Positions 27,687 through 37,156 of a DNA stretch of 64,000 nt are shown one piece after another. Source of the stretch: Candidatus Poriferisodalis sp. Its GTDB lineage: Bacteria; Actinomycetota; Acidimicrobiia; Acidimicrobiales; Poriferisodalaceae. The notes below the pieces were generated by a model. It was not told the DNA's origin. It did no database searches and worked only from the letters and a program-made list of their open reading frames with translations. Each line of letters begins with the position of its first letter. Position 1 is the stretch's first letter. The DNA is taken from contig NZ_OZ242344.1 of assembly GCF_965208485.1 (NCBI RefSeq), positions 648,067-712,066 of the forward strand. The letters run 5' to 3'. A program made the position numbers and the translations under genes.

Positions 27687-29156
27687 GTGAACTCCCAGGC
27701 TGCGGTAACCCCAGAGTTCCGTTTCCGTAATCTCGGGCCGATTGCCGAAGGCACCATTCAGTTGCGCCCGCTGACGATCCTGATCGGCAAGAACAACACC
27801 GGCAAGACGTACACGGCTCAGGCGATCTACGCCGCTCACAAGGCGCTCGAACGCGCGAACGGACCTGCAACGCCACCGCTCACACGCGACGAGTCGTTCG
27901 ACGTCATCAGCCTGATCAACCACGCGGCTACGGCTGGCGCCGAGCCGGCATCGTCGTTTGTCGGCAAGTTCCAAACATGGATCAGCTCAAGGCTCGAACG
28001 TGCGGGCCACAACCTCGCAGACCGCCTCGCCGTCTATTTCGACGTCGAGAAACTCAGCGAACTGAAGCGGTGGAGGACTGGCGGCGAACTTGATATCGCC
28101 GTGCATCGTCGACGCACCGAGACTGACTCGACCGTTCTCTTCTCGCTCTCCGGCGAACACGAAGGTTCTCCGCTGGACTCCATCGACCTCAGCGGCCTGC
28201 GCGAGACGCCTGTCGTAGAACTGCTTGACGACTTCCTCGCCGGTTCATCGGGCGCAGGGGCTGCGTCTCGCAGCGAGCTGCTACAGCGCAGGACGGCGTC
28301 AATGCTCGCCGACTACCTGTGGTACCGCCACCTTGTCCCCACATCCGGCCTCGGAGGCCAGGCGCACTATCTGCCCGCAGGACGATCGGGTTTGCTGGAG
28401 GCCTGGACCGATGTCGTGCGGATTCGGTTGGAACAGGACCGCGAGGGTCTTGCGCTCACGGGTCGGGAACCCGCCGCTCTTGGGGGCATCGCGCTCGATT
28501 TCCTCATCGAGCTCCAGCAGTTGACGAGTCCTCGCCCTCAGCGACGGGCGTGGCAGAAGCCTTTGAGACGCTCAGTACGAGTCGCTCCTGATATCCCCAC
28601 GGCAGCGTCGCATCTTGAGCGCCTCATCGGTGGGAGCGTCGTGGTTGCCAGAGGCCGCGAGCAGGTGCCGTCGTTGAGCTATCAGCATGGCAAAGAGGTC
28701 ATTCCGGTTCAGCGTGCCTCCTCCATGGTCGCCGAGCTCGCGCCGCTCATCAGATGGATCAGCGACGTGCTCGGCCCCAGAGACCTCTTGCTGATCGACG
28801 AGCCGGAAGCACACATGCATCCCGAGGCGGTGCTCGCAGTCGCGCAGACACTCGTGGCGCTCTCGCAAGCGGGTGTACGAGTGCTGTGCACAACCCACAG
28901 CACCGATTTCCTCCACCAAGTCTCGAACTGCATGCTTCGGGCGGCTCAGACACCGTCGCCGGATTCCGCGGACGCTCCATCGATCAGCGTCGACGACCTT
29001 GCTGTCTACCGATTCGAGCGCGGAGACCCCGAGCAAGGTTCGACTGTTACACCTGTCGAGGTCGATCCGGCCTGGGGCATTCCCGAAGACGAGTACGTAG
29101 CCGTGGCAGAACGCTTGGCCGACGAGACCGCACGGCTTCTCGGCGAAGCGCGGTGA
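27687..29156 (+). CDS. ABC/SMC-type AAA ATPase (AAA_21-like, defence-associated architecture)
   Basis: Walker A LIGKNNTGKTY. Near the C-terminus, LLLIDEPEAHMHPEAVL (Walker B/D-loop) and CTTHSTDFL (H-loop). A long insert lies between the two halves of the ATPase domain. Confidence 0.8.
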   Translation: MNSQAAVTPEFRFRNLGPIAEGTIQLRPLTILIGKNNTGKTYTAQAIYAAHKALERANGPATPPLTRDESFDVISLINHAATAGAEPASSFVGKFQTWISSRLERAGHNLADRLAVYFDVEKLSELKRWRTGGELDIAVHRRRTETDSTVLFSLSGEHEGSPLDSIDLSGLRETPVVELLDDFLAGSSGAGAASRSELLQRRTASMLADYLWYRHLVPTSGLGGQAHYLPAGRSGLLEAWTDVVRIRLEQDREGLALTGREPAALGGIALDFLIELQQLTSPRPQRRAWQKPLRRSVRVAPDIPTAASHLERLIGGSVVVARGREQVPSLSYQHGKEVIPVQRASSMVAELAPLIRWISDVLGPRDLLLIDEPEAHMHPEAVLAVAQTLVALSQAGVRVLCTTHSTDFLHQVSNCMLRAAQTPSPDSADAPSISVDDLAVYRFERGDPEQGSTVTPVEVDPAWGIPEDEYVAVAERLADETARLLGEAR

Positions 29157-29680
29157 GCTTCGACGCCGACCAACTGCTTTCTCAACACTCGGCCTGCGAG
29201 TGCAGGCTGGACCGATCGCCGCATTCGAATCGCATTGGTCCAGAGGAAACCAGCCCTGACGAGGCAATCCCGAACCACATCAGTAAGGACAACTGCACCC
29301 TCACGATCGAGGGGTTGATTGCTGCGTTTGATTGCGACGAGTGCGCCGCATTCGAGCCCGACGAACTCCGCCCTGACGCGATCGCACTTCGGGAATGCGA
29401 CGGCAGCAATCAGTGGATCGTCTCCGAAATGAAGCTCACAATGCGCGAACGTGCCGGTCGGCAAGCCGCCGCAGGCTTGGCCAAACTCGGCAACCATCCG
29501 CTCTATGCCGCCCAACTTGACTCAGCCGAGGTCGTCTTCGTAGTCAAGAGACGCCGCAAGAGTGACCGCACCATCATGCGGGCCATCGGGACCATCCGTG
29601 AAGGCCATTGGGTCGTCAATCCACTGCTGCTCGATTCTGGCAGTACTCATACCTGTCCAACGGCCGGATTGTTGGAGTAA
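29153..29680 (+). CDS. Small partner protein with a PD-(D/E)xK-like motif
   Basis: The GTG at 29153 overlaps the ATPase stop (GTGA). LRPDAIALRECDGSNQWIVSEMK gives PD...(17 aa)...ExK spacing. CxC and CxxC cysteine pairs lie upstream. No family recognised. Confidence 0.5.
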   Translation: MSFDADQLLSQHSACECRLDRSPHSNRIGPEETSPDEAIPNHISKDNCTLTIEGLIAAFDCDECAAFEPDELRPDAIALRECDGSNQWIVSEMKLTMRERAGRQAAAGLAKLGNHPLYAAQLDSAEVVFVVKRRRKSDRTIMRAIGTIREGHWVVNPLLLDSGSTHTCPTAGLLE

Positions 29681-29862
29681 GTCTTCGCCCCGGGGTCGGC
29701 GGCATTGGGTTGGGCCAATACGCGAGCGGCCGCCTCGTCGGCAAGACTGGATGAGGCAGCTGTGTACAGCGCGGCCGGGTTCCCGCCTCGCAGATGCGAT
29801 GGACACCGGATCGGTCACGTCGGCGCAGCAATTCCGAACGTTGACTGCAGAAGGCAAGGACC

Positions 29863-30654
29863 ATGCTCGATTTGGACCTGACCGGACGGACGGCGCTGGT
29901 GACCGGCGCTTCCAAGGGCATCGGCGAGGCCTCGGTGCGGCTGTTCGCTGATCATGGTGCCGCCGTGGCGTTCTGCGCCCGCGGCGCCGAAGCGGTGAAC
30001 GCGCTGGCTGCGTACGTGCCGCCGTCGGGATCGGGCTCGGTCCGCGGCTACACGGCGGACATGTCCGATGCCGACGCCACACAGGCATTCCTCGAGACAG
30101 CCACGGCCGATGTCGGGCCCGCCGACATCTTGGTCAACAACGTGGGCGCCTCCCCGTCGCGGAACTTCCTGTACATGTCCGACGACGACTGGACCGATCT
30201 GCACCAGCTCAACTTGATGTCGGCGGTGCGCTGCACCCGGTTCTGCCTGCCGCACATGCGCAAGCAGAAGTGGGGCCGGGTGATCATGATCGCCACCGGC
30301 GCTGCCTTCTCCCCTAACGCCGCGCTCATCGACTACGCCGCGACCAAGGCGGCCATGGTGGCCACCGCCAAGGCGCTGGCGGGCAAGTACGGCGCCGACA
30401 ACGTGCTCACCAACACCGTCATCCCCGGGCTCATCCGCACCGACATGTGGGAACGAGCGGCAGCCGAGATCGCTGAGGCCAACAACACCGACGCCGAGGC
30501 GATCTTCGCCCGCAATTCCACCGGAGTCCCCCAGGGCCGTTATGGCACTGCCGACGAGGTCGCCTCCGGCGTGGTTTTCCTGGCAAGCAACGCAGCGAAC
30601 TACGTCAACGGCACCTGCCTCACCATCGACGGCGGCGTCGGCACCCACGTCTGA
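29863..30654 (+). CDS. SDR-family oxidoreductase
   Basis: TGASKGIG, NNVG, YAATKAA. Confidence 0.9.
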   Translation: MLDLDLTGRTALVTGASKGIGEASVRLFADHGAAVAFCARGAEAVNALAAYVPPSGSGSVRGYTADMSDADATQAFLETATADVGPADILVNNVGASPSRNFLYMSDDDWTDLHQLNLMSAVRCTRFCLPHMRKQKWGRVIMIATGAAFSPNAALIDYAATKAAMVATAKALAGKYGADNVLTNTVIPGLIRTDMWERAAAEIAEANNTDAEAIFARNSTGVPQGRYGTADEVASGVVFLASNAANYVNGTCLTIDGGVGTHV

Positions 30655-30778
30655 CCTGAACACCTGTCTGCGTTGCTCTGAAACTGATCTGAGCCGCGGG
30701 CTAGCTTTCGGGGCGCACAGGCGCTGTACGGATCGGCGCCGACCTTGCCTACCTCACAGACCAAACAGGAGCACCGAC

Positions 30779-32017
30779 ATGGCGCACGCATACACCGACA
30801 AGGGCCTCGAGATGCAGGAGGCCGTGAAGTCGTTCATGGACGACCACATCTACCCCAACGAGGAGGAGTACAACGAGCAGTACGAAGAGCTCGTAGCCGC
30901 CGGGCAAGTGCACGCCACCCCGACAATCATGGAGAAGCTCAAGGCGGCGGCGCGCGAACGCGGCTTGTGGAACCTGTTCATCCCCCACCTCGACCCGCAG
31001 GCGCCGGGCACGAAGCTGTCCAACCTGGACTACTCGCCGATCTCCGAAGAGCTCGGCAAGGTGTCGTTCAGCTCCGAGGCGCTGAACTGCGCGGCGCCTG
31101 ACACCGGCAACATGGAGATTCTGAACCTGTACGGCTCCGAGCGGGTCAAGCAGCAGTACCTGGCACCGCTGCTGGAGGGGGAGTTCCGCTCGACCTTCTC
31201 GATGACCGAGCCTGAGGTGGCCAGCTCTGATGCCTCCAACATCCGCCTGCGGATCGACAAGGACGGCGATGAGTACGTGCTGAACGGTCGCAAGTGGTTC
31301 TCCTCGAACGCGCTGCGGCCCGAGTGCAAGGTGCTCATTGTGATGGGCAAGAACGACCCGGACGGGCCGCGCCATCGCCAGCAGTCGATGATCGTGGTGC
31401 CTCGCGACGCCGAGGGCATCACGGTGGAACGCGACCCGCTGGTGTTCGGCTACCACCACCGGGGCGGTCACCCCGAGTTGGTGTACGAGAACGTGAGGGT
31501 GCCCGAGGACCACATCCTGGGAGGCGAGGGCGAGGGCTTCGCCATCAGCCAGGCCCGGCTGGGCCCCGGACGCATCCACCACTGCATGCGTTCGATCGGC
31601 GTGGCCGAACGGGCGCTGGAGTACATGTGCAAGCGGGCGCTCGAACGCCACACCTTCGGCAAGTCGGTTGCCCAGCAAGGCCTCATCCAGGACTGGATCG
31701 CCGAAGCACGTATCGAGATCGACCAGGCCCGTGAGTACGTGCTGCATGTCGCACATCTGATGGACACCATCGGCAACAAGGCCGCCGCGCAGGAGATCTC
31801 CGGCATCAAGGTGGTGGTGCCCAACATGGCGCTGAAGATCATCGATCGGGCCATCCAGGTGCACGGCGCCAGCGGTGTCACCCAGTTCTTCCCGCTGGCC
31901 GAGATGTACGCCCAGATGCGGACGCTGCGGATCGCTGACGGCCCCGACGAGGTTCACAAGATGACCATCGCCCGCCGCGAGCTCCGCCGCCACGACCCCG
32001 ACTTCCGTATGGGCTAG
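30779..32017 (+). CDS. Acyl-CoA dehydrogenase
   Basis: 412 aa from the ATG at 30779. TEPEVASSDA, middle-domain and C-terminal blocks, ending ...[29 protein letters not shown]. Confidence 0.9.
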   Translation: MAHAYTDKGLEMQEAVKSFMDDHIYPNEEEYNEQYEELVAAGQVHATPTIMEKLKAAARERGLWNLFIPHLDPQAPGTKLSNLDYSPISEELGKVSFSSEALNCAAPDTGNMEILNLYGSERVKQQYLAPLLEGEFRSTFSMTEPEVASSDASNIRLRIDKDGDEYVLNGRKWFSSNALRPECKVLIVMGKNDPDGPRHRQQSMIVVPRDAEGITVERDPLVFGYHHRGGHPELVYENVRVPEDHILGGEGEGFAISQARLGPGRIHHCMRSIGVAERALEYMCKRALERHTFGKSVAQQGLIQDWIAEARIEIDQAREYVLHVAHLMDTIGNKAAAQEISGIKVVVPNMALKIIDRAIQVHGASGVTQFFPLAEMYAQMRTLRIADGPDEVHKMTIARRELRRHDPDFRMG

Positions 32018-32063
32018 GTACTGCCGCGGCGACAACTGACGATCGCCGGGCACACGGCGATCA

Positions 32064-33635
32064 TCACTCGGCTGGCGTTTCGCAGTACGGCAATCCGTAG
32101 CGGGTCAGCCACAGTTGCTCAAGATCTGCTCTGACCATCTCGCCGCCTGCCCACCCGTCAGGGGCCTCCTCGGTGAGTGCTGCGATGAGTCGGCAGCGGA
32201 CATCGTTCGCGCCCCGACCGTCCGCTGGCAGCACGGCGCTCGCGGCGACCATGCTCGTCAGTGCGTCGGCGTCGTTGCGGCGCCGAATCTCGGCTTGCTG
32301 CCAGTTCGCAAGCAGCGTCGCTGCCATCGCGAGTGCGAGTGCGATAGCGACTGTGCTCCTCAGCACGCGTTGGGCCGTCCAATTGAATGCGGCCCTGTGC
32401 AGCACGACCAAGCACGACGCGGCCACGAACGACCACCCGACCTGCGTGAGCAGCGTCTCGCGCCAAGAGACACCGATGGCGGGCTGGCGATTCTGCGTCC
32501 ATTCCGAGAGACCGGCGACAAGCGCCGAACCCACCGCTGTCGAGGTGCCGAGCAGCACCAGCGCCGCTGCGAGCCTGCCCTGTCTCTGATTCGCCCGCCG
32601 TGCATCAAACGGCGCTTTCGCAGTTCGCGCGAGAGCAGCAGTCACGAGGGCGACCGCGAATACGACGATCACGATGTATGAGTTGTCGCACAGATCGACG
32701 AATCCGAGATCGACACCAGCACGCTGCGAACGCTCCGACGCCTCTGCCCAGCCAAATAGGGGGAACCCGCTCCACAACCGTCCCAGCGTCGCGCCTGCCG
32801 CGGTGGACGACAGGCTGAGTGCCGAGCCGTCATAGCAGCCGCCGGAAGCACAGATGACGGCGATCACCGCTCGCGTTGGTACGAACACGACAGCGAACGC
32901 CACGGTGTGAATAAGCCATCGACGGGCTGCTGCGGTCCCCAGCAGGGCGCGAAACGGCATGGCCGCGGCAACAGCTCGACTCACTACGAACACCGCGGCG
33001 AGCACCGGGGTGAGATACATCAGGTCATAGAACGCCGCCGCTACTACGCCGCCTAGAGCCATCAAGAAGCGCTCGTGACCCCGTAGCGCCCGTCGTTCAA
33101 GGTCGCGGTCGCGGCAGATCATCAGCGCTATGACAAGCATGAGCGCTACCGAGCCTGCGAACATATGCGGGAACGCCCCCAAGGCGCCACCGCCACGGTT
33201 CGTGATCAGGACCGCAGCCAGGGCCAGCGGGTACAACGACACAAGCGACCCTGCCTGCACGTCAGCGGATCGCATCAATGCCCTGACGATCGCAGCAGCC
33301 GATAGCGCCACACACGCAGCCATGAGCAGCCGGATCCCGCCCAAGACCACGTGTGGAGGCAACGCAGTCGCTTCGCTCGCGTCATAGGCGAATGCGATGA
33401 CCAGCCACTCCCACAAGCGTCCGATCGGGCGGAAATTGCCGTGGTCGAAGAGATACGGCTCGATTCCTCGGATGACCTGACGCGCTGCTGCCACCGGGTT
33501 CGCCCCGCCGTGCAGCGGACGCGTGAACACCATGCGCCGTTCATCCCAATACAGGGCGAGCCCCGCCAACGGCAGCACCACCAGCACGCTCGGCAGGCAC
33601 GAAAGGACCGCGGAGTCGGGTCGCAGACGGAATCG
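32064..33635 (-). CDS. Polytopic membrane protein (>=10 predicted TM helices), 5' end probably cut by the IS1380 insertion
   Basis: A long run of hydrophobic segments. The upstream part of the 730-aa track ORF runs antisense through the IS1380 transposase and is not credible. Function unknown; glycosyltransferase-C-like topology is only a guess. Confidence 0.5.
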   Translation of the reverse strand, partial: RFRLRPDSAVLSCLPSVLVVLPLAGLALYWDERRMVFTRPLHGGANPVAAARQVIRGIEPYLFDHGNFRPIGRLWEWLVIAFAYDASEATALPPHVVLGGIRLLMAACVALSAAAIVRALMRSADVQAGSLVSLYPLALAAVLITNRGGGALGAFPHMFAGSVALMLVIALMICRDRDLERRALRGHERFLMALGGVVAAAFYDLMYLTPVLAAVFVVSRAVAAAMPFRALLGTAAARRWLIHTVAFAVVFVPTRAVIAVICASGGCYDGSALSLSSTAAGATLGRLWSGFPLFGWAEASERSQRAGVDLGFVDLCDNSYIVIVVFAVALVTAALARTAKAPFDARRANQRQGRLAAALVLLGTSTAVGSALVAGLSEWTQNRQPAIGVSWRETLLTQVGWSFVAASCLVVLHRAAFNWTAQRVLRSTVAIALALAMAATLLANWQQAEIRRRNDADALTSMVAASAVLPADGRGANDVRCRLIAALTEEAPDGWAGGEMVRADLEQLWLTRYGLPYCETPAE

Positions 33636-35275
33636 CTTAGCCCAGATCCATCGGTTTGGTTGGGCTGGTGGGGTTTGCGTCCACCAGAAAGGCCTGCTGG
33701 GGTGGCATTTTGCCGGTTGTGAGATCGCGGCGTGATGCCATGACGGGAGGCGCTTTCTGTGAGCGATGATACGCGGTTGTTGGACCGGGTCGTGGCAGTG
33801 TTCGACGTGGGCTCTTTGGTGGGGGACGCGGGTCTGCTGGCGGTGGGCACGCTGGCGGGCCGGTTGGGCTTGGAGGGCTTGATCGACGAGACTGTGCGCC
33901 CGCCTGCGGCGGGCCGCGGGTCGGGAGCGAAGGTGCTCACGGCGGTGTGCTCGATGCTGGTGGGGGGCTCTTTCTTTTCGGACGCGGACAGGCTGCGGGC
34001 CGGCTCGGCGGGGTCGGTGGTTGGGTTCGCGCCGGTGGCGCCGTCCACGTTGGGGACGTTCTTGCGGTCCTTCACGTGGGGTCATGTGCGTCAGCTGGAC
34101 CGCGTCCAGGAGCTGGCTTTGGGCCGCGCGTGGGACGCAGGCGCCGCCCCGGCGGCGGAACGGGTCACGGTCGATGTCGATTCCACGGTCGCGGTGGTGC
34201 ACAGCGACGCGAAGGGCGGCGCTGCATACGGGCACGGTGGGCGGCTGGGATATCACCCGCTGGTGGCTTCACGCGACGACACCGGCGAGATCGTGCACTC
34301 CCGGATGCGCAAGGGCTCCTCCCAGCGGGGCCATGTCCGCTTCTTCGCCGAGACCGTCAACCGGGTGCGCCGTCTCGCCCCGGACGCGGAGCTGACGGTG
34401 CGCGCGGACGCGGGGTTCTTGTCGTGGGGCCTGGTCGACAAGCTCGACGCGCTCGACGCCAGGTTCGTGATCGCTGTCGCCTCGAACCCCGCCGTCGGCA
34501 GGGCCGTCGCGGCCGTCGACGATGCGGACTGGACCCCGATCGGCTACACCGACGACGGCGAGGCCCAAGTCGCCGAAACGACGCTCACCAGCGCACGGCG
34601 GCCCAACCGCAAGCCCGAGCGCACGGTGCGGCTGGTGGTGCGCCGCACCCGCCTGGTCGGCGACCAGGCCGACCTGTTCCCCAACTGGCGCCACCACACA
34701 TTCGTCACCGACATCAGCGAAGCCGAACTCGACACCAAAGCAGCCGACGCCGCCTGCCGATCCCACGCACGCGTCGAGCTCGCCACCGCCGACCTCAAAG
34801 CCGGCGGCCTCGCCCACAGCCCCTCAGCCAGCTTCACCGCCAACGCCGCCTGGCTCGCCTGCGCCGCCTTGGCCCACAACATCGCACGCTGGACAGCACG
34901 CATCGGCCAAGTCCACGACCCCCGAAAGCTCACCGTTGGGGCCACCATCGCACGCCGCTTGCTCACCATGCCCGGCCGGCTCGTCAACCGCAGCGGCCGA
35001 CCCACCCTGCGGCTCCCGGCCCGACGGCCCTGGGCCGACACGTTCACCACAGCACTGCGACACATCCGCAACCTGCCCCAGCGCTGCTGAACAAACCCCA
35101 GCGCCACGCCACGCCGCGCAGCACACCCCCCGGGCGCAGCACACAAACCACCCCCCAAGCCGCCGCCGACCACCCACGCGTCCGCCCAGCCCTCACCCCG
35201 CCCCGACCCCAAACCGCACCACCGACATCCCACCCAACCCCACACCGCACACCCCACCGGTGGATCCGGGCTTAG
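33636..35275 (+). mobile_element. IS1380-family insertion sequence (~1.64 kb)
   Basis: Imperfect terminal inverted repeats: cttagcccagatccatcgg (33636-33654) versus the reverse complement of caccggtggatccgggcttag (35255-35275). They enclose the transposase gene. Confidence 0.7.
33759..35090 (+). CDS. IS1380-family transposase
   Basis: 443 aa. GDAGLLAVGTLAGRLGL..., GYHPLVASRDDTGEIVHSRMRKGSS, FTANAAWLACAALAHNIARW: blocks I recall from IS1380 transposases. Confidence 0.85.
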   Translation: MSDDTRLLDRVVAVFDVGSLVGDAGLLAVGTLAGRLGLEGLIDETVRPPAAGRGSGAKVLTAVCSMLVGGSFFSDADRLRAGSAGSVVGFAPVAPSTLGTFLRSFTWGHVRQLDRVQELALGRAWDAGAAPAAERVTVDVDSTVAVVHSDAKGGAAYGHGGRLGYHPLVASRDDTGEIVHSRMRKGSSQRGHVRFFAETVNRVRRLAPDAELTVRADAGFLSWGLVDKLDALDARFVIAVASNPAVGRAVAAVDDADWTPIGYTDDGEAQVAETTLTSARRPNRKPERTVRLVVRRTRLVGDQADLFPNWRHHTFVTDISEAELDTKAADAACRSHARVELATADLKAGGLAHSPSASFTANAAWLACAALAHNIARWTARIGQVHDPRKLTVGATIARRLLTMPGRLVNRSGRPTLRLPARRPWADTFTTALRHIRNLPQRC

Positions 35276-35433
35276 GGGTGCTCGCCTGGGTCCCGCCCAC
35301 CAGCGGCCGCCTTTCGGCGCAAGGCGTGCCGCCCATAGGTGGGTCCCTCCGGTAGTGGGTCGATGTCTGTCACCAACGCCGACACAGCCGATCCGAAGGG
35401 ACCTCTGAGGGACCCACTGCTTCTCGGCTATGC

Positions 35434-35960
35434 CATTCCCGGTTTGGGAGACGGCGTTGGTGACAGGCTGAATGGTAGCCACCGACTGTCTCGATTTGGC
35501 TTGCATTCGGAAGAAACGATGGAGTTGACGAAACCTGCACAATTTCCTGCGGCAGACGGAGGGTCCGCTGTAGGCATGCGCCGGGGTCGGTTTCTTGGCC
35601 GATGGCCGGATTGAACTGCGGTTACCCCAAGCGGGGTTAAAGCTCCGCGTGCGTCAGGCGCGCTCCGTCAAGCCTTCTCCGAACTCGATTCGGACAACGG
35701 ACACGCCTGCTACCGATTCGACATCTCGCAAGGCTGAGCACAGCGCTTGATCCCGTGACACTGCCGACCGTGTGAACTCCAGCGTGTCGTGCCCGATGGT
35801 CGCGTCGCCGCAACCAGCCTCGTACAGGGCGTCAAGCGTGGACCAGTTGAGGAGGTCGGCACCGGCAGTCACCAGCACGAAGCGGAACGTCTCGCCCGGC
35901 TCGTCCATCTGAACGTCGCTCGCGCTCATGTCACCCCCGATCCGTTTGCGGTGCGCTGAT
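35434..35960. repeat. ~0.52-kb direct repeat, copy A (carries a 91-aa gene)
   Basis: Starts cattcccggtttgggagacggcg... and is colinear with 37825-38345. High similarity by eye, including the encoded protein. Confidence 0.75.
35654..35929 (-). CDS. Small hypothetical protein (possible antitoxin partner of the upstream HicA-like ORF)
   Basis: MSASDVQMDEPGETFRFVLVTAGADLL... Its ATG at 35929 overlaps the upstream ORF stop (ATGA). A paralog lies at 38021-38302. Confidence 0.5.
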   Translation of the reverse strand: MSASDVQMDEPGETFRFVLVTAGADLLNWSTLDALYEAGCGDATIGHDTLEFTRSAVSRDQALCSALRDVESVAGVSVVRIEFGEGLTERA

Positions 35961-36189
35961 TGCACTTGACGACCCTGGCCGCGAGGGTAGCCGCATGGTT
36001 TGCGGGGACAGCCGGCGTGCCCCAGATAGAAACCGAACACTCCCGGTGACCGAACGGACAGTGCGCCCGACCCCATGCGTGGCTGCTGCGCCCTCTCGAC
36101 AGCACCACGGTCCATCCGGCCGCCTCGAGCAGCTTGATCGCTTGACGAATCTCCTTCTTGGGATGAACGCCTGATGCCACCCGAGGCAC
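35926..36189 (-). CDS. HicA-like small protein (tentative)
   Basis: 87 aa. KKEIRQAIKLLEAAGWTVVLSRGRSSHAWGR resembles the HicA/YcfA pattern (xxLexxGWxxxxxxGSHxxx). Weak. Confidence 0.4.
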   Translation of the reverse strand: MPRVASGVHPKKEIRQAIKLLEAAGWTVVLSRGRSSHAWGRAHCPFGHRECSVSIWGTPAVPANHAATLAARVVKCNQRTANGSGVT

Positions 36190-36214
36190 CTTATCTGTGC
36201 CCCGTAATTATTTT

Positions 36215-37141
36215 TCAGTATTTTTCATTGAGTTTGACAGCAACGGCGTCGAGCGTTCGTCGCACTTCGGCCAGCACCTTCGATGGGTCGCTGTCAATAT
36301 CAACCGGGGCGTGAAGACGCAGTCGGCTTCCCCCGGGTACCTGCTCGAGGTCGAAGCGCCAGGTGTCCGCAGGCATGTCGAGCGATTCGATGGCGGCCCG
36401 AACCGCATCGGGCTTGGCCTTGAGATCGATCTCGTCGACGACACCCGGCCCGTTCTGCGTCTTGGTGCGACCGTAGCGATCGAAGTAGGCGATGTCGGGA
36501 GCCGCGTAGCGCCGTGACGTCGGCGTGAAGTCGGTGCCGATCGTGTAGGCCACCGGGAAGAGGCAGATCTGGGTCACGTGATCCGGCAGCTCCAGCAGCT
36601 CGGCGACCGCCGGTGCCTCGTTGAGGTACATCGTGGTCCACACCGTTCCCAGGCCTCGACTCCGCAGGGCGACCATGAAGCTCCAAGCCGACTGGATCAC
36701 CGAATCGAACAGTCCCGGCCGGCCGCTGCCGTCGTGGCGTCCGAGAATCGTGGGGATGACGAGCGCCGGCGTCCTGGCGATGTTCTCGCCCAGATGGCGG
36801 GCGCCAGCCATCAGCCGTTCGTTCTGGTGGCCGCTGCCTTCCAGCCGTTTGGCCGTCTCGATCACCCAATCGACTCCCGCCGACAGGTAGAGCTCGGCCA
36901 TCCGGTCCTTGGTCTGCTGATCCCTGATGATCATCCACCGGCGGCTGCCGTTGTTGCCTCCGGTGGGTGCCTGCTCGGCCACCTCGATGCAGTCGAGGAT
37001 GATCCGGTCATCGACCTCCCGATCGAAGTCGAGGCGTTGGCGTACGCCCCGAGTCGAACGCCACAATTCGAGCACTCGCCGTGGCGGTCCCTTGCCAATG
37101 GCTGCCGATATGAGCACGTTCGCATCAACCACCGCCCTCAT
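36215..37141 (-). CDS. Chimeric ORF: PIN-domain N-terminal ~30 aa fused in frame to a nitroreductase-family protein lacking its own N-terminus
   Basis: MRAVVDANVLISAAIGKGPPRRVLELW (PIN start) is followed by TRGVRQRLDFDREVDD...APTGGNNGSRRWMIIRD. The latter is colinear with the paralog at 43946-44848, at roughly 88-90% nt identity by eye. Confidence 0.7.
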   Translation of the reverse strand: MRAVVDANVLISAAIGKGPPRRVLELWRSTRGVRQRLDFDREVDDRIILDCIEVAEQAPTGGNNGSRRWMIIRDQQTKDRMAELYLSAGVDWVIETAKRLEGSGHQNERLMAGARHLGENIARTPALVIPTILGRHDGSGRPGLFDSVIQSAWSFMVALRSRGLGTVWTTMYLNEAPAVAELLELPDHVTQICLFPVAYTIGTDFTPTSRRYAAPDIAYFDRYGRTKTQNGPGVVDEIDLKAKPDAVRAAIESLDMPADTWRFDLEQVPGGSRLRLHAPVDIDSDPSKVLAEVRRTLDAVAVKLNEKY

Positions 37142-37156
37142 GTCGAAGGGGTCGGC

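Noticed and set aside
33636-34256. N-terminal 200 aa of the 730-aa membrane-protein ORF (32064-34256)
   Set aside because: This part is antisense to the IS1380 end and transposase gene. It is Arg/Pro-rich and not hydrophobic. The ORF is open only by chance, and the real gene is interrupted at the IS boundary.
35339-35466. Interleaved inverted repeats (gtgggtccctc/gagggacccac and ctgtcaccaacgccg/cggcgttggtgacag) right of the IS1380 end, considered as a pseudoknotted RNA
   Set aside because: They lie at the junction of IS1380 and the 0.52-kb repeat, so they are more economically explained as relic IS termini. There is no second copy for a covariation test.
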